Shown here: in pieces, positions 1 to 9,272 of the stretch
Position numbering within the stretch: the stretch's first letter is position 1
Layout: the number at the start of each line of letters is the position of its first letter
Origin: Synechococcus elongatus PCC 6301
GTDB lineage: Bacteria > Cyanobacteriota > Cyanobacteriia > Synechococcales > Synechococcaceae
Direction: 5' to 3'
Length of the DNA stretch: 32,000 nucleotides
NCBI RefSeq assembly: GCF_000010065.1
Contig: NC_006576.1
Location: 330,001-362,000, forward strand
The notes under the pieces: model-generated
Databases searched by the model: none
Told to the model about the DNA's origin: nothing
Seen by the model: the letters and a program-made list of their open reading frames with translations, nothing else
Program-made: the position numbers and the translations under genes

Positions 1-428
1 AAAGCGCAACAAACCGCGATCGCGACGGGAGAATGGGCGATCGCTGATGACTCGGGACTGAGTGTCGATGCGTTAAACGGTGCCCCCGGACTGTTTTCCG
101 CTCGCTGGGGCCATAGCGATCGCGATCGCATCGATCGCTTGCTGCGCGAACTTACAGGACATGAGCAGCGAACCGCAGCGTTCATCTGTGCGATCGCTGT
201 TGCCTCACCCCAAGGCAACATTGTTCTGGCGGTCGAGGGCCATTGTCCCGGCGAAATCCTGACAGCCCCGCAGGGGGCGGGTGGCTTTGGATACGACCCT
301 ATCTTCTGGGTGCCCGAGCTGTGCTCAGCTTTGCTGAGTTAGCGCCTGAGCAAAAACGCCAGGTCAGTCATCGCGGGCGAGCCCTTGCTCAGCTTTTGCC
401 CCAACTGCGATCGGTGGCGACCCAGTAG
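1..428 (+). CDS. rdgB: dITP/XTP pyrophosphatase (RdgB/HAM1 family). The 5' end is cut by the window edge. An apparent -1 frameshift near 316-328 interrupts it: the frame-1 reading stops at 342 and the conserved C-terminus continues in another frame to 428.
   Basis: Frame 1 from nt 1 reads KAQQTAIATGEWAIADDSGLSVDALNGAPGLFSARW...GGFGYDPIFWVPEL, which are RdgB hallmarks (DDSGL, NGAPG, FGYDP). ORF 243..428 ends with SFAELAPEQKRQVSHRGRALAQLL, the usual family C-terminus. Confidence 0.8.
116..129. repeat. HIP1 octamer palindrome GCGATCGC. This example is two overlapping copies; the motif is dispersed through the whole window.
   Basis: Direct reading. Copies at 16-23, 37-44, 116-123, 122-129, 190-197, 663-670, 1040-1047, 1273-1280, 1438-1445, 1574-1581, 1895-1902, 2840-2847 and 3083-3090, and many more downstream. 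Confidence 0.95.
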
Positions 429-544
429 ACGGCGCAGCCCTAGTCTCTATGCTCGCTGGGCCAAGAGCGAAGCAACGGAGAGAACTTGAACGAGAAGGCC
501 AGTCGGCGATTGTTAAAATTCAGGCGGCAGGGCGAGGGCACTGA

Positions 545-1258
545 ATGTATGTACTGATTGGCGGCGCCGGCTTAATTGGACAACAGCTAGCTCGACAAGT
601 GCTGGATCAGGGGCACACGGTCGCCGTGATCGATCAGGATCCCCAAGTCTGCAAGATGGTGCGCGATCGCCTTGGTGCTATGGCCTTTGAGGGCAGCGCC
701 GTCAACACGGATATTTTGCTCGAAGCTGGGATCTGTCGCGCCGATGCCGTGGCAGCAGTCCTGCGCCAAGACGCACTCAATCTGGCATTGGTGACTCTGG
801 CGTGTCACTACGGCGTCTCGCGGATTATCAGCCGCATCAGCCAGCAAGACTTCATTGAGCCGATGCGGTTGGCAGGAGCTCATCACATCATCAGCACGGT
901 CGATCTGGTCGTCTCGACGATGGTCAACGCGATCGAATGCCCGCAGGTGGAATCGATGCTCCACTTCGAACAGGGGCAGATCGAGGTCTTCAAGTTGACC
1001 CTCGACAGTCAGTCACCGGTGATTGGCCGCAGTGTCGCAGCGATCGCGCAGGATCGGAACTTCCCCAGTTCGTCGCTGATCATTGGCTACCAGTCCCATC
1101 CCCAGGCAGATCTAGTGATTCCCAGTGGTAACACGGTGCTAGAGGCCAATGCGACGGTTCTGCTGGCAACCAAACCCGGACTGGTGCAATCCTTGGTCAA
1201 CTTTCTGATGCCCAGTCTCTTTAGTCCGCTTCAGCCCGCAGGAGTTCTGCATCAATAA
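545..1258 (+). CDS. TrkA/KtrA-like RCK-domain K+ transport regulatory protein (TrkA-N plus TrkA-C)
   Basis: 237-aa ORF with ATG at 545. N-terminal Rossmann fold VLIGGAGLIGQQLARQVLDQGHTVAVIDQD. The C-terminal half (EVFKLTLDSQSPVIGRSVAAI...) looks like TrkA-C. Confidence 0.85.
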   Translation: MYVLIGGAGLIGQQLARQVLDQGHTVAVIDQDPQVCKMVRDRLGAMAFEGSAVNTDILLEAGICRADAVAAVLRQDALNLALVTLACHYGVSRIISRISQQDFIEPMRLAGAHHIISTVDLVVSTMVNAIECPQVESMLHFEQGQIEVFKLTLDSQSPVIGRSVAAIAQDRNFPSSSLIIGYQSHPQADLVIPSGNTVLEANATVLLATKPGLVQSLVNFLMPSLFSPLQPAGVLHQ

Positions 1259-2864
1259 CCTGCAGGCGATCGGCGATCGCTTCCTCGGTCAGAATGCCTT
1301 TGCGCGCCGAATCGAGTAGGGCATTTTTTTCCACCAGCAGTAAGCGACGCTGCAGGCTCGAAAAAGCGGGAGCTGCGCTGTTGCGGAGATTGGTCGATCG
1401 CCGGTTGTAGAGGCCGCGCAGCGATTGCTCTGCTCCTGCGATCGCCAGTTGGTAGCGCGCCCGTAGTTCTTCATGGACTGCCTTGGGCAAGACCCCTGCA
1501 TCGTAGAGGTTCAGCAATTCCGATTGCACCGCTTTACCGGCAATCAGCTGCGCTTGCAGTTGTTCTGCTTCCTGCGATCGCGTCGAGCGGGTCGCCACCT
1601 TCAAGCGTTTGACAAACCAGGGCAAGCTCAACCCCTGCACCACCAGAGACAGCAACACCACCCCAAATACGAGGTTGACTAGTTCACTGCGGTTCCCGAG
1701 GGTAGCGGGCAAACTCAGCGCCAGAACCATCGAGAGCGAACCCTTGATATTGCCCAAAAACAACACATGCTGCCAGCGGAAGGGGATGGGGCGATCGAAA
1801 CGGTTGACCAGCGCCATCAGGGGATAGACCGTGACGAGGCGAGCAAGCTGGTAGGCCACGATCGCCAGCAGGACAGCCGGCAGCGTTTGCAGCAGCGATC
1901 GCGGATCGACTTCTACACCGATGAACAGAAAGATGAAAGTGTTGACGCAGAAGGCTGCGTACTCCCAAAAGTTGATCAGCGTCAGCCGACTTGAGGGGGA
2001 TTGGGCGCGATCAAGGGCGAGATTCCCCACCGTCAATCCTGCCACCACCACCGCAACAACGCCGGAGACATTCAGCGCTTCCCCTAGCTGAAAGGTGCCC
2101 AAGGCCACGGCGACAGTCAGCAGAATGCCACTGAGGGAGTCATCGGCAAGGGTGCGAAACAAGCCCGAGGCCAAGTAGCCCGTCGCCAGTCCCAGCAGTC
2201 CTCCCCCCAAAACCACCAGAAAAAAGGACTGCACTGCACTGATTGCTGTCACCTGCTCACCGGCCTGCAGTTCGACGATCAGGCCAAAAATCACGAGGGC
2301 TACCCCATCGTTGAACAGACTTTCCCCTTCCACAATCGTGGTCAGGCGTGAGGGCACGGCAATCTCCCGGAAGACGGCAATCACCGAAACCGTGTCGGTA
2401 ATCGCCAGAATGCTGCCCACTAAGAGCGCTGGTATCCAGTCAAGATTCAGGCCAAATTTCAGCACACTGGCCGTGACCCCCGTGGCTAGCAGAATGCCCG
2501 GCCCCGCCAAGACACTGATCGGAGCAAATGAGCTGCGCAGCCGACTGATGTCGGTGTTGATGGCGGCTTGGAAGACCAAAATGGGCAGAAACAGATTGAG
2601 AATTAAGCCTGAATCAATCCCTAGGCGACGCGGCAAGAGGTTGGTAATCGTCAATCCCGCCAACACCAGACCGGTGACGTAGGGAATGCGAAAGCGCCGC
2701 GAAATCAAGGCCACAAGCGTGGCCCCCAGCAGACAAATCGTCAGGGTGGTGGCCAGGTCGGCGCTGGGTTCTGGCTTGGCAGTGACCGCAGCCAGAGAGA
2801 GATCAGCGAGCAGAAAAGGCAGCACGGGCAGGAGGGGTAGCGATCGCCCTCTAGTGTGCGACAA
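1221..2864 (-). CDS. Na+/H+ antiporter, CPA1 (NhaP-type), with a long hydrophilic C-terminal tail
   Basis: 547-aa ORF with many hydrophobic helices. CPA1-like motifs LAITDTVSV and ESLFNDGVALV. The start is uncertain: the longest option is TTG at 2864. Confidence 0.85.
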   Translation of the reverse strand: MSHTRGRSLPLLPVLPFLLADLSLAAVTAKPEPSADLATTLTICLLGATLVALISRRFRIPYVTGLVLAGLTITNLLPRRLGIDSGLILNLFLPILVFQAAINTDISRLRSSFAPISVLAGPGILLATGVTASVLKFGLNLDWIPALLVGSILAITDTVSVIAVFREIAVPSRLTTIVEGESLFNDGVALVIFGLIVELQAGEQVTAISAVQSFFLVVLGGGLLGLATGYLASGLFRTLADDSLSGILLTVAVALGTFQLGEALNVSGVVAVVVAGLTVGNLALDRAQSPSSRLTLINFWEYAAFCVNTFIFLFIGVEVDPRSLLQTLPAVLLAIVAYQLARLVTVYPLMALVNRFDRPIPFRWQHVLFLGNIKGSLSMVLALSLPATLGNRSELVNLVFGVVLLSLVVQGLSLPWFVKRLKVATRSTRSQEAEQLQAQLIAGKAVQSELLNLYDAGVLPKAVHEELRARYQLAIAGAEQSLRGLYNRRSTNLRNSAAPAFSSLQRRLLLVEKNALLDSARKGILTEEAIADRLQVIDAELLRAEAD

Positions 2865-2967
2865 AACCTCAGACTGCAGCGGTCGTTAACCCCCCTTGTT
2901 AGGATCAAGGACTGTCCTCTTTCGTGGCGGTTCAGGGCAGCAGTCCACCCATGGTTTTCCTCCCGTC

Positions 2968-4093
2968 ATGAATCAGTACTTTGCCACCGTTGGCCGGGGC
3001 CTCGAAGCAATCGCAGCACAAGAGCTGGAGCAGCTTGGGGCCCAAGCGGTGGAACCCCAGTTTTGTGGCGTCGCGTTTCAAGGCGATCGCGAGTTGCTCT
3101 ATCAAGGTCAACCTCTGGGCACGCATTCCCTTTCGGATTCTCTGGGAGATTGATCAGTTTCCCTGCTGGGATGCCACGGATCTCTACGAGGGCATCCGCG
3201 ATATCGACTGGACCTATTTCTTGACGCCCGATCGCAGTTTTGCAGTCAGCGCCACGGGCAAAACCGATCGCCTCAATCACAGTCACTTCACCGCCCTCCA
3301 GGTCAAAAACGCGATCGTCGACCAACAGTGGGAGCAATTCGGCGAGCGATCGCCGATCGATACCGAACGACCAGATCTGCTAGTGCGGGTTCACCTGGCT
3401 CAAGAGCGCTGCAGCCTCAGTCTGGATAGCTCTGGCAGTAGCTTGCACCGACGTGGCTACCGTCCAGCGGTTGGCCTGGCGCCACTCAAAGAATCCCTCG
3501 CAGCGGCATTGATCCAACTCTCGGGCTGGGAGTCATCGCAGATGCTCTACGATCCGCTCTGCGGTTCTGGCACCCTGCCGCTCGAAGCAGGACTGATGGC
3601 CCTGCAGATTGCGCCGGGTCTATTCCGCGATCGCTTTGGTTTTGAGAGCTGGTGCGACTTTGATGCGCAGTTATTCGAGACTCTCTGCCAGCAAGCCCAA
3701 GCCCGTCGTCTGGAGGTACTGCCCGCACCGATTTGGGGTAGCGATCGCGAGGCAGCAGTCGTCGATCAGGCGATCGCCAATGCTGAAAACTCTGGTTTGG
3801 CAGAGCGTGTCTATTTCTCGCAATTAGATTTATCAGACGTGGTCGCTCCTGCTGATAGCGGTGTCTTGATTTGCAACCCGCCCTACGGTGAACGGCTCGG
3901 CAGTGATAGCGATTTAGGGGCGTTCTACAAGCAATTGGGCGATGTGCTCAAGCAACAATTCAAGGGCTGGACGGCTTTTGTTCTCAGTGGCAACAAGGAG
4001 CTAGCGCGGGCGATCGGGCTGAAATCTGCGCAGCGGACGCCTGTTTATAATGGGGGATTGCTCTGCCAGTTAATGAAGTACGAGCTCTACTAA
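2968..4093 (+). CDS. THUMP-domain class I SAM-dependent RNA methyltransferase (RlmL/UPF0020-like), interrupted by an apparent +1 frameshift near 3100-3106
   Basis: ATG 2968 opens MNQYFATVGRGLEAIAAQELEQLGAQAVEPQFCGVAFQGDRELLYQ (THUMP N-terminus) and then runs to TGA 3151-3153. The homology continues in the frame of ORF 2981..4093 as VNLWARIPFRILWEI...DPLCGSGTLPLEA...ICNPPYGERLG. 2968..4093 is 1126 nt, which is 3n+1. Confidence 0.8.
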
Positions 4094-4156
4094 TAGCTCA
4101 GCTTTTGGATTCGTGGTGAGCGATCGCGCTTTTATTTCTGTTGGCTGAACCGTCGT

Positions 4157-5776
4157 ATGCTGCGCCTCTCCGAAATCAAATTGCCACTGGATCATCCCCC
4201 TGAGGCGATCACCACTGCGATTTTACAGAAACTAAAAATTCAGGCGGATGAGCTGCTTGGCTACGAAATTTTTAAGCGTAGCTACGACGCCCGCAAAAAA
4301 GACGCGATCGTTTGGGTTTATATCCTCGATCTTAAAGTCAAGAATGAGGCGCAACTACTCAAGCGCTTCCAGAAAGATCCCCACGTCAACCCAACCCCTG
4401 ATATGTCCTATCGGGTGGTTGCCCAAGCACCGGAAGGATTGACGGAGCGCCCCGTGGTGATTGGTGCCGGTCCCTGCGGGATGTTTGCGGCTTTAACCCT
4501 CGCGCAGATGGGCTTTCGGCCGATTCTGTTTGAACGCGGTAAAACCGTCCGCGATCGCACGGCAGACACCTTTGCCTTTTGGAAAAAACGGGGCGAGTTC
4601 AACCCGGAATCTAATGCCCAATTTGGTGAAGGCGGTGCGGGTACTTTCTCCGATGGCAAGCTTTACAGCCAAGTTCGGGACCCGCAATACTACGGCCGCA
4701 AGGTATTGACTGAGCTTGTCAATTCCGGAGCTAATCCCGAAATTCTTTATGTCAATAAGCCCCATATTGGCACTTTTAAACTCGTGGGTGTTGTTCAGCA
4801 AATGCGGGCTCGTATTGAAGCCCTAGGTGGTGAAATTCACTTTCAAAGTCGGGTAGAGTCGCTGCATATTGAAGACCGACAAGTGCGAGGATTGCGGTTG
4901 ACTAATGGGGACTATATCCCCGCTCGCCATGTGGTTCTTGCGATCGGCCATAGTGCCCGTGACACCTTTCAAATGCTCTTTGATCAGGGCGTTTACATTG
5001 AGGCCAAGCCCTTTTCGATTGGCTTCCGCATCGAGCATCCCCAACCCCTGATCGATCGCGCTCGTTTTGGTCCCTTTGCCGGCCATAAATCCCTGGGTGC
5101 CGCTGACTATAAATTGGTTCACCACTGTCAGAATGGGCGCACCGTTTACAGCTTCTGCATGTGTCCGGGTGGCTTGGTTGTTGCGGCGACCTCCGAGCCG
5201 GGACGAGTCGTGACCAATGGTATGAGTCAGTACTCCCGCAACGAGCGCAATGCGAATAGCGGCATTGTGGTCGGCATCACGCCAGAGGACTACCCTGGGC
5301 ATCCCTTGGCGGGTATTGATCTGCAGCGTCGCCTCGAAGCCAAAGCCTTTGAGTTGGGTGGTGGTACCTACGAAGCGCCAGGCCAGCTGGTGGGGGACTT
5401 CCTCGCCGGTCGCCCCTCGCAACACCTGGGGACTGTTCGTCCCTCCTACGCCCCTGGCGTGCATCTCACTGATCTGAGTGAGAGTTTGCCCGATTATGCG
5501 ATCGCGGCGATTCGTGAAGCCCTGCCCGCTTTCAATCGCCAGATTCAAGGCTTCGCTCTACCCGACGCCATGCTGACAGGTGTGGAAACACGCACCTCCT
5601 CGCCGGTTCGGATTAAACGTGGCGAAGATTTTCAGAGCCTCAACACAACGGGGCTGTTCCCGGCTGGCGAAGGAGCCGGCTATGCCGGTGGCATTCTGTC
5701 TGCCGGTATTGACGGCATCAAAGTAGCCGAAGCCGTTGCCCTCGCCATGCTGCGATCGCAACCTCAAACGGTCTAA
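4157..5776 (+). CDS. FAD-dependent oxidoreductase of the uncharacterised COG2509-like family
   Basis: 539-aa ORF with ATG at 4157. Dinucleotide fold [30 protein letters not shown]-terminal [15 protein letters not shown] motif. Confidence 0.85.
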   Translation: MLRLSEIKLPLDHPPEAITTAILQKLKIQADELLGYEIFKRSYDARKKDAIVWVYILDLKVKNEAQLLKRFQKDPHVNPTPDMSYRVVAQAPEGLTERPVVIGAGPCGMFAALTLAQMGFRPILFERGKTVRDRTADTFAFWKKRGEFNPESNAQFGEGGAGTFSDGKLYSQVRDPQYYGRKVLTELVNSGANPEILYVNKPHIGTFKLVGVVQQMRARIEALGGEIHFQSRVESLHIEDRQVRGLRLTNGDYIPARHVVLAIGHSARDTFQMLFDQGVYIEAKPFSIGFRIEHPQPLIDRARFGPFAGHKSLGAADYKLVHHCQNGRTVYSFCMCPGGLVVAATSEPGRVVTNGMSQYSRNERNANSGIVVGITPEDYPGHPLAGIDLQRRLEAKAFELGGGTYEAPGQLVGDFLAGRPSQHLGTVRPSYAPGVHLTDLSESLPDYAIAAIREALPAFNRQIQGFALPDAMLTGVETRTSSPVRIKRGEDFQSLNTTGLFPAGEGAGYAGGILSAGIDGIKVAEAVALAMLRSQPQTV

Positions 5777-5852
5777 CGCTGGGAGCAAGTTGGGAGAAGT
5801 CCGGCGACATCTTAAACTGGTGAACGGTCTTGCAAGGAGCGAACAGTCAGCC

Positions 5853-6581
5853 GTGCGTCGGATCATCATTGCCGGGAACTGGAAAATGTACAAAACCCAG
5901 GCCGAAGCCCTGGAGTTCTTGCAAGCCTTTTTGCCACAGCTCAGCGAAACGCCAGAATCGCGCAAAGTTGTGCTCTGTGCACCCTTCACGACCCTGTCTA
6001 GCCTGAGCAAAACCCTCCACGGCAGCCGGGTGCGCGTGGGTGCTCAAAACATTCACTGGGCCAAGGAAGGGGCTTTCACTGGCGAAATCTCGGGAGCAAT
6101 GCTGACGGAGATTGGCGTTCGCTATGTAGTGGTTGGTCACAGTGAGCGCCGTCAGTACTTCGGGGAAACAGATGAAACCGTCAACCAGCGCTTGCTGGCA
6201 GCCCAATCCTTCGGTCTGTTACCGATTCTCTGCGTGGGTGAGTCGAAGCAACAGCGCGATGCTGGTGAGACTGAAGCCGTGATCAGTCGTCAGTTGGAGC
6301 GTGGGTTGGTCGGTGCCGATCAAACCAACTTGGTGATTGCCTACGAACCGATCTGGGCGATCGGGACTGGTGATACCTGTGCAGCCGAGGAAGCTAATCG
6401 CGTCATTGGCCTGATTCGCAGTCAGCTCAAGGATACTGATGTGCCGATCCAGTACGGTGGTTCGGTCAAACCTGAGAACATCGACGAGATCATGGCGCAG
6501 CCAGAAATTGATGGAGCCTTGGTCGGCGGTGCTAGCCTCGAAGCTGAGAGTTTCGCCCGCATCGTCAATTACCAGAGCTAA
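5853..6581 (+). CDS. tpiA: triosephosphate isomerase
   Basis: [15 protein letters not shown]..., [25 protein letters not shown] place the start at GTG 5853, downstream of AAGGAG at 5834-5839. The track start at 5736 would overlap the upstream gene. Confidence 0.93.
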   Translation: MRRIIIAGNWKMYKTQAEALEFLQAFLPQLSETPESRKVVLCAPFTTLSSLSKTLHGSRVRVGAQNIHWAKEGAFTGEISGAMLTEIGVRYVVVGHSERRQYFGETDETVNQRLLAAQSFGLLPILCVGESKQQRDAGETEAVISRQLERGLVGADQTNLVIAYEPIWAIGTGDTCAAEEANRVIGLIRSQLKDTDVPIQYGGSVKPENIDEIMAQPEIDGALVGGASLEAESFARIVNYQS

Positions 6582-6590
6582 CAGCTCTTG

Positions 6591-6626
6591 CACCCAGCAG
6601 ATTCATAAGGATGTTGCTGCTGGGTG
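6591..6626. terminator. Perfect 10-bp inverted repeat (cacccagcag / ctgctgggtg, 16-nt loop) between the convergent tpiA and M48 peptidase genes; possible terminator hairpin
   Basis: The arms at 6591-6600 and 6617-6626 are exact reverse complements. The hairpin starts 10 nt after the tpiA stop. There is no strong U-tract on either strand. Confidence 0.35.
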
Positions 6627-6732
6627 TAATCAGGCTTTGATCTCAGATCACAGCCCACACTCATTGGAGGAAGCGATCGCAGCTTCATCAGCTGAACTTC
6701 TGACAGTCAGTGCCAATCAAGGACCCTGACAA

Positions 6733-7560
6733 CTAAAGACGAGCAAGCACCTGCTGGCGATAGGTCCAATCATCCAAGCCAAAACCTTGATTCATGCGGT
6801 TGCGATCGCCATTCAGTTGCGCAGTCAAGGCACGCGCCCGCTCCCGAGAATCGGGGTGGGTGCTGAGGAAGGTTATGCCGTTATTGCCAAGGCCGGCCAG
6901 CTTGTGCATCACTGAAATCAAGCCTGCAGGAGCATAGCCAGCCCGCTCCATAATTCGCAGCCCTCGAGCATCCGCGTCAAACTCAGCGCTGCGACTGTTC
7001 GGGCGGTTTAGGGCTAAGTCAACGGCAACTTGAGTGAAGCGATCGCTATCGACACCCAGAGCAGACAATCCAGCTTGCTGTAAGTAACTCTGGCCCAAGC
7101 GCTGGGGCAAGTGCCGCCCTTCAATATGGCCGATTTCATGGGCGAGAACGCCGGCCAATTCCGCTTCATTGCTGAGGAAACCGAGCATCCCCGTGGTGAT
7201 GTAGACGTAGCCACCCATCGTTGCAAAGGCATTGATTTCGCGGCTATCCACCACCTGGAATTGCCAAGGCAGATCAGGGCGATCGCTTTCGGCGGCAAGT
7301 CGTTGACCTACATCGTTGACGTAGGCCGCCAAAATGCGATCGCGATTAGGTCGAAAGCGTTGGCTCAGCATCTGCTGGTTCATTTGCCGCCCCAGCTGCA
7401 CCTCTTGATTGGGGTTGAGGTTGCTAAAGTTCAGGCCCTGAAACAGCTGGATTCCGCCGCGCAGCAGGTTGAGCAGACGCGGGTCAAATTGAGCCTGAGC
7501 AGGCCCTGCTGTTAAAGCTAAGGCCGCGATCGCAGCAATTATCGGACGACGCAAAGACAT
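6733..7560 (-). CDS. secreted M48-family Zn metallopeptidase
   Basis: HEIGH in GVLAHEIGHIEGRH. Signal-peptide-like N-terminus MSLRRPIIAAIAALALTAGPAQA, taking ATG 7560 (AGGAA upstream). The track ORF extends to 7623. Confidence 0.85.
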   Translation of the reverse strand: MSLRRPIIAAIAALALTAGPAQAQFDPRLLNLLRGGIQLFQGLNFSNLNPNQEVQLGRQMNQQMLSQRFRPNRDRILAAYVNDVGQRLAAESDRPDLPWQFQVVDSREINAFATMGGYVYITTGMLGFLSNEAELAGVLAHEIGHIEGRHLPQRLGQSYLQQAGLSALGVDSDRFTQVAVDLALNRPNSRSAEFDADARGLRIMERAGYAPAGLISVMHKLAGLGNNGITFLSTHPDSRERARALTAQLNGDRNRMNQGFGLDDWTYRQQVLARL

Positions 7561-7632
7561 AGATTTCCTAGAGCCCCTCAGAACACTAGAGACGCTCTCT
7601 CGATAACCGTCGTTCCATCGCAAGCCGCTTTC

Positions 7633-8811
7633 TTAACTGGCTGCAAAGCGAATCTTGAGGTAATCATCCTCCATGCTGGCACCCATGGGGCTGAGTGCAG
7701 CCAAAGCCTGGGGCAAAACAAGATTGCGGCGATGGTTGCCGATGCGAATGTTCAGCTCATCACCGTTTTTACTAGGGTCAATCTGGCTCTTGGGAATCCC
7801 CGGCAAATAGACCTCGAGGTTGTAATCGCTGCCATTTTGGACAACTCGGAGAGTAGTTTCTTTGTAGTAAACCTGCGTTGGATCTTCGTTGGCGTAAAGG
7901 GTCTCCTTCAGCCGTTCTAGGGCTTCCAGTCCACACATCTCTTCCGAGTAGAGCGGCACTTCCTTGATTGGCAGAGGGTGAAAATCAGCGTGAATTTCGT
8001 CGCGATATTGCTTTTGGTTATCTTTCCAGCGCTGGAAGAAGGGATCCGTAACGCTGTCAGGAATGATCCGATTGGCAATCACCAAATCAGTACCGACGTT
8101 GTAGAGGCTGAGATAAGCGTGGGCCCGCAATGATTCTTTGATCACCATCTTTTCGGGGTTGGTGACCAAACGCACCGAGGTAGTCCCCGGATCCGTCAGG
8201 ACTTTCTCAAGCTCGACCAGCTGTTCGTAGAACTCATAAGGCGCATCCATCACCTCTTTGGTCGGCAGGTTGAAGCCGGCTACCGGGCGAAACAGCGGCT
8301 GAACCAGCGGCCGCAACACTTCCGAAACCGCTTGGAAGGGCTTGTAAAGCTTGCGCATGTACCAGCCCGCAACTTCCGGCAGACTAAGTAGCCGCAGCGC
8401 AGTGCCGGTTGGAGCCGAGTCGATGATCAGGACCTCATACTCGCCTTCGTCGTAGTGGCGCTTCATCCGCACGAGGCTAAAGATTTCATCCATGCCGGGC
8501 AAAATCGCCAGCTCTTCTGCCTCGATTCCTTCTAGACCCCGGGCTTGCAGCACATCCGTGATGTAGCGTTTGACCGCGCCCCAGTTGCCCTCAAGCTCCA
8601 TCAGAGCATCCAATTCCGCACCCCACAGGTTGGGTTTGACCTCACGGGGTTCATGGCCGAGTTCCATATCGAAACTATCGGCGAGAGAGTGGGCCGGATC
8701 CGTACTCAGAACTAAGGTCTTATAGCCGAGTTCCGCACAGCGCAAGCCGGTGGCAGCGGCCACAGAGGTCTTGCCGACGCCGCCCTTACCGGTCATCAAA
8801 ATTACACGCAT
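7633..8811 (-). CDS. ArsA/Get3-family P-loop ATPase with a C-terminal alpha-crystallin-like domain (Get3d-type architecture)
   Basis: [22 protein letters not shown] (deviant Walker A) and [13 protein letters not shown]. The C-terminal ~90 aa ([47 protein letters not shown]) resembles an HSP20/ACD fold. Confidence 0.85.
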   Translation of the reverse strand: MRVILMTGKGGVGKTSVAAATGLRCAELGYKTLVLSTDPAHSLADSFDMELGHEPREVKPNLWGAELDALMELEGNWGAVKRYITDVLQARGLEGIEAEELAILPGMDEIFSLVRMKRHYDEGEYEVLIIDSAPTGTALRLLSLPEVAGWYMRKLYKPFQAVSEVLRPLVQPLFRPVAGFNLPTKEVMDAPYEFYEQLVELEKVLTDPGTTSVRLVTNPEKMVIKESLRAHAYLSLYNVGTDLVIANRIIPDSVTDPFFQRWKDNQKQYRDEIHADFHPLPIKEVPLYSEEMCGLEALERLKETLYANEDPTQVYYKETTLRVVQNGSDYNLEVYLPGIPKSQIDPSKNGDELNIRIGNHRRNLVLPQALAALSPMGASMEDDYLKIRFAAS

Positions 8812-8858
8812 GGAGTCCTTGCCCTGATGAGAATCGCTTAAAGATTCGTCAACTTATT

Positions 8859-9272
8859 CTATCGGTGATTTTTAGTGCGCCGTCGCGGTATCTGTTGGCG
8901 TAAAACCGCCCAGGGCGAGCAATCCCAGTAATCGCGGTGGCTGCTAATGGTGCCCTCTGCCGTGAGTTCAAACAGGGTGCGGCCACTGATCTGCGATCGC
9001 GGTCGCCAAGGCCAAGGACTGGTCCAAGTCAGCGTCCAGCGGCTTTCGATGCCCGTCTCAGTCGCATGGATGTCATGCAGGGTCAGCTCAGGATCCAGAA
9101 ACCAGCGATCGATGAAGGCAATCATTTTCTGGTAGCGATCGCGACCCTGAAAGCGCGTCAGGGGATCTTGAAAAAACGCGTCGGGGTCGTAAACCTCGAA
9201 GCTTTGATCCTTGGGAAAGCGGGCATAGTCTTGCCGCAGCGTTTCCAGTAGGTCATCCAGCGCGATCGCCAT
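8859..9272 (-). CDS. NTF2-like / DUF2358-like conserved hypothetical protein
   Basis: 137-aa ORF. Its ATG (9270-9272) shares one nucleotide with the ClC gene stop codon (TGATG on the minus strand). The family name is from memory of the pattern DY..F......Y..D..F.DP...F.G...Y. Confidence 0.65.
   Translation of the reverse strand: MAIALDDLLETLRQDYARFPKDQSFEVYDPDAFFQDPLTRFQGRDRYQKMIAFIDRWFLDPELTLHDIHATETGIESRWTLTWTSPWPWRPRSQISGRTLFELTAEGTISSHRDYWDCSPWAVLRQQIPRRRTKNHR

Noticed and set aside
300-345. Programmed ribosomal frameshifting as the explanation for the split rdgB and split THUMP methylase (3095..3110).
   Set aside because: Neither site has a slippery heptamer, a shift-prone stop context (prfB-like CUU UGA) or an obvious downstream stimulatory structure. 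A simple single-nucleotide indel, biological or from assembly, is more parsimonious.
486-519. A sigma70-like promoter for the TrkA-like gene (TTGAAC at 486-491 and TAAAAT at 514-519).
   Set aside because: The spacer between the two hexamers is 22 nt, too long for a functional -35/-10 pair. It is not reported as a feature.
4823-5548. Long antisense ORFs inside well-supported genes. Examples are 4823..5548 (241 aa) opposite the FAD protein, 28143..28820 (225 aa) opposite nrtA, 9541..10101 opposite the ClC gene, 19672..20178 opposite crtH and 16625..16963 opposite psaF.
   Set aside because: Their translations are Arg/Gly/Pro/Ser-rich low-complexity strings with no recognisable motifs. The opposite strand in each case encodes a protein with clear family signatures. 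Long stop-free antisense frames are expected in GC-rich, codon-biased genes.
5736-5852. Upstream extensions proposed by the ORF track. These are tpiA from 5736, nrtA from 27516, nrtC from 29797, crtH to 20145, wzt to 22562, M48 to 7623, the membrane protein to 18307 and the 79-aa protein to 18524.
   Set aside because: The extensions overlap the preceding gene or encode junk. Each has an internal ATG or GTG that gives the canonical family N-terminus or signal peptide, often with an SD-like purine run upstream.
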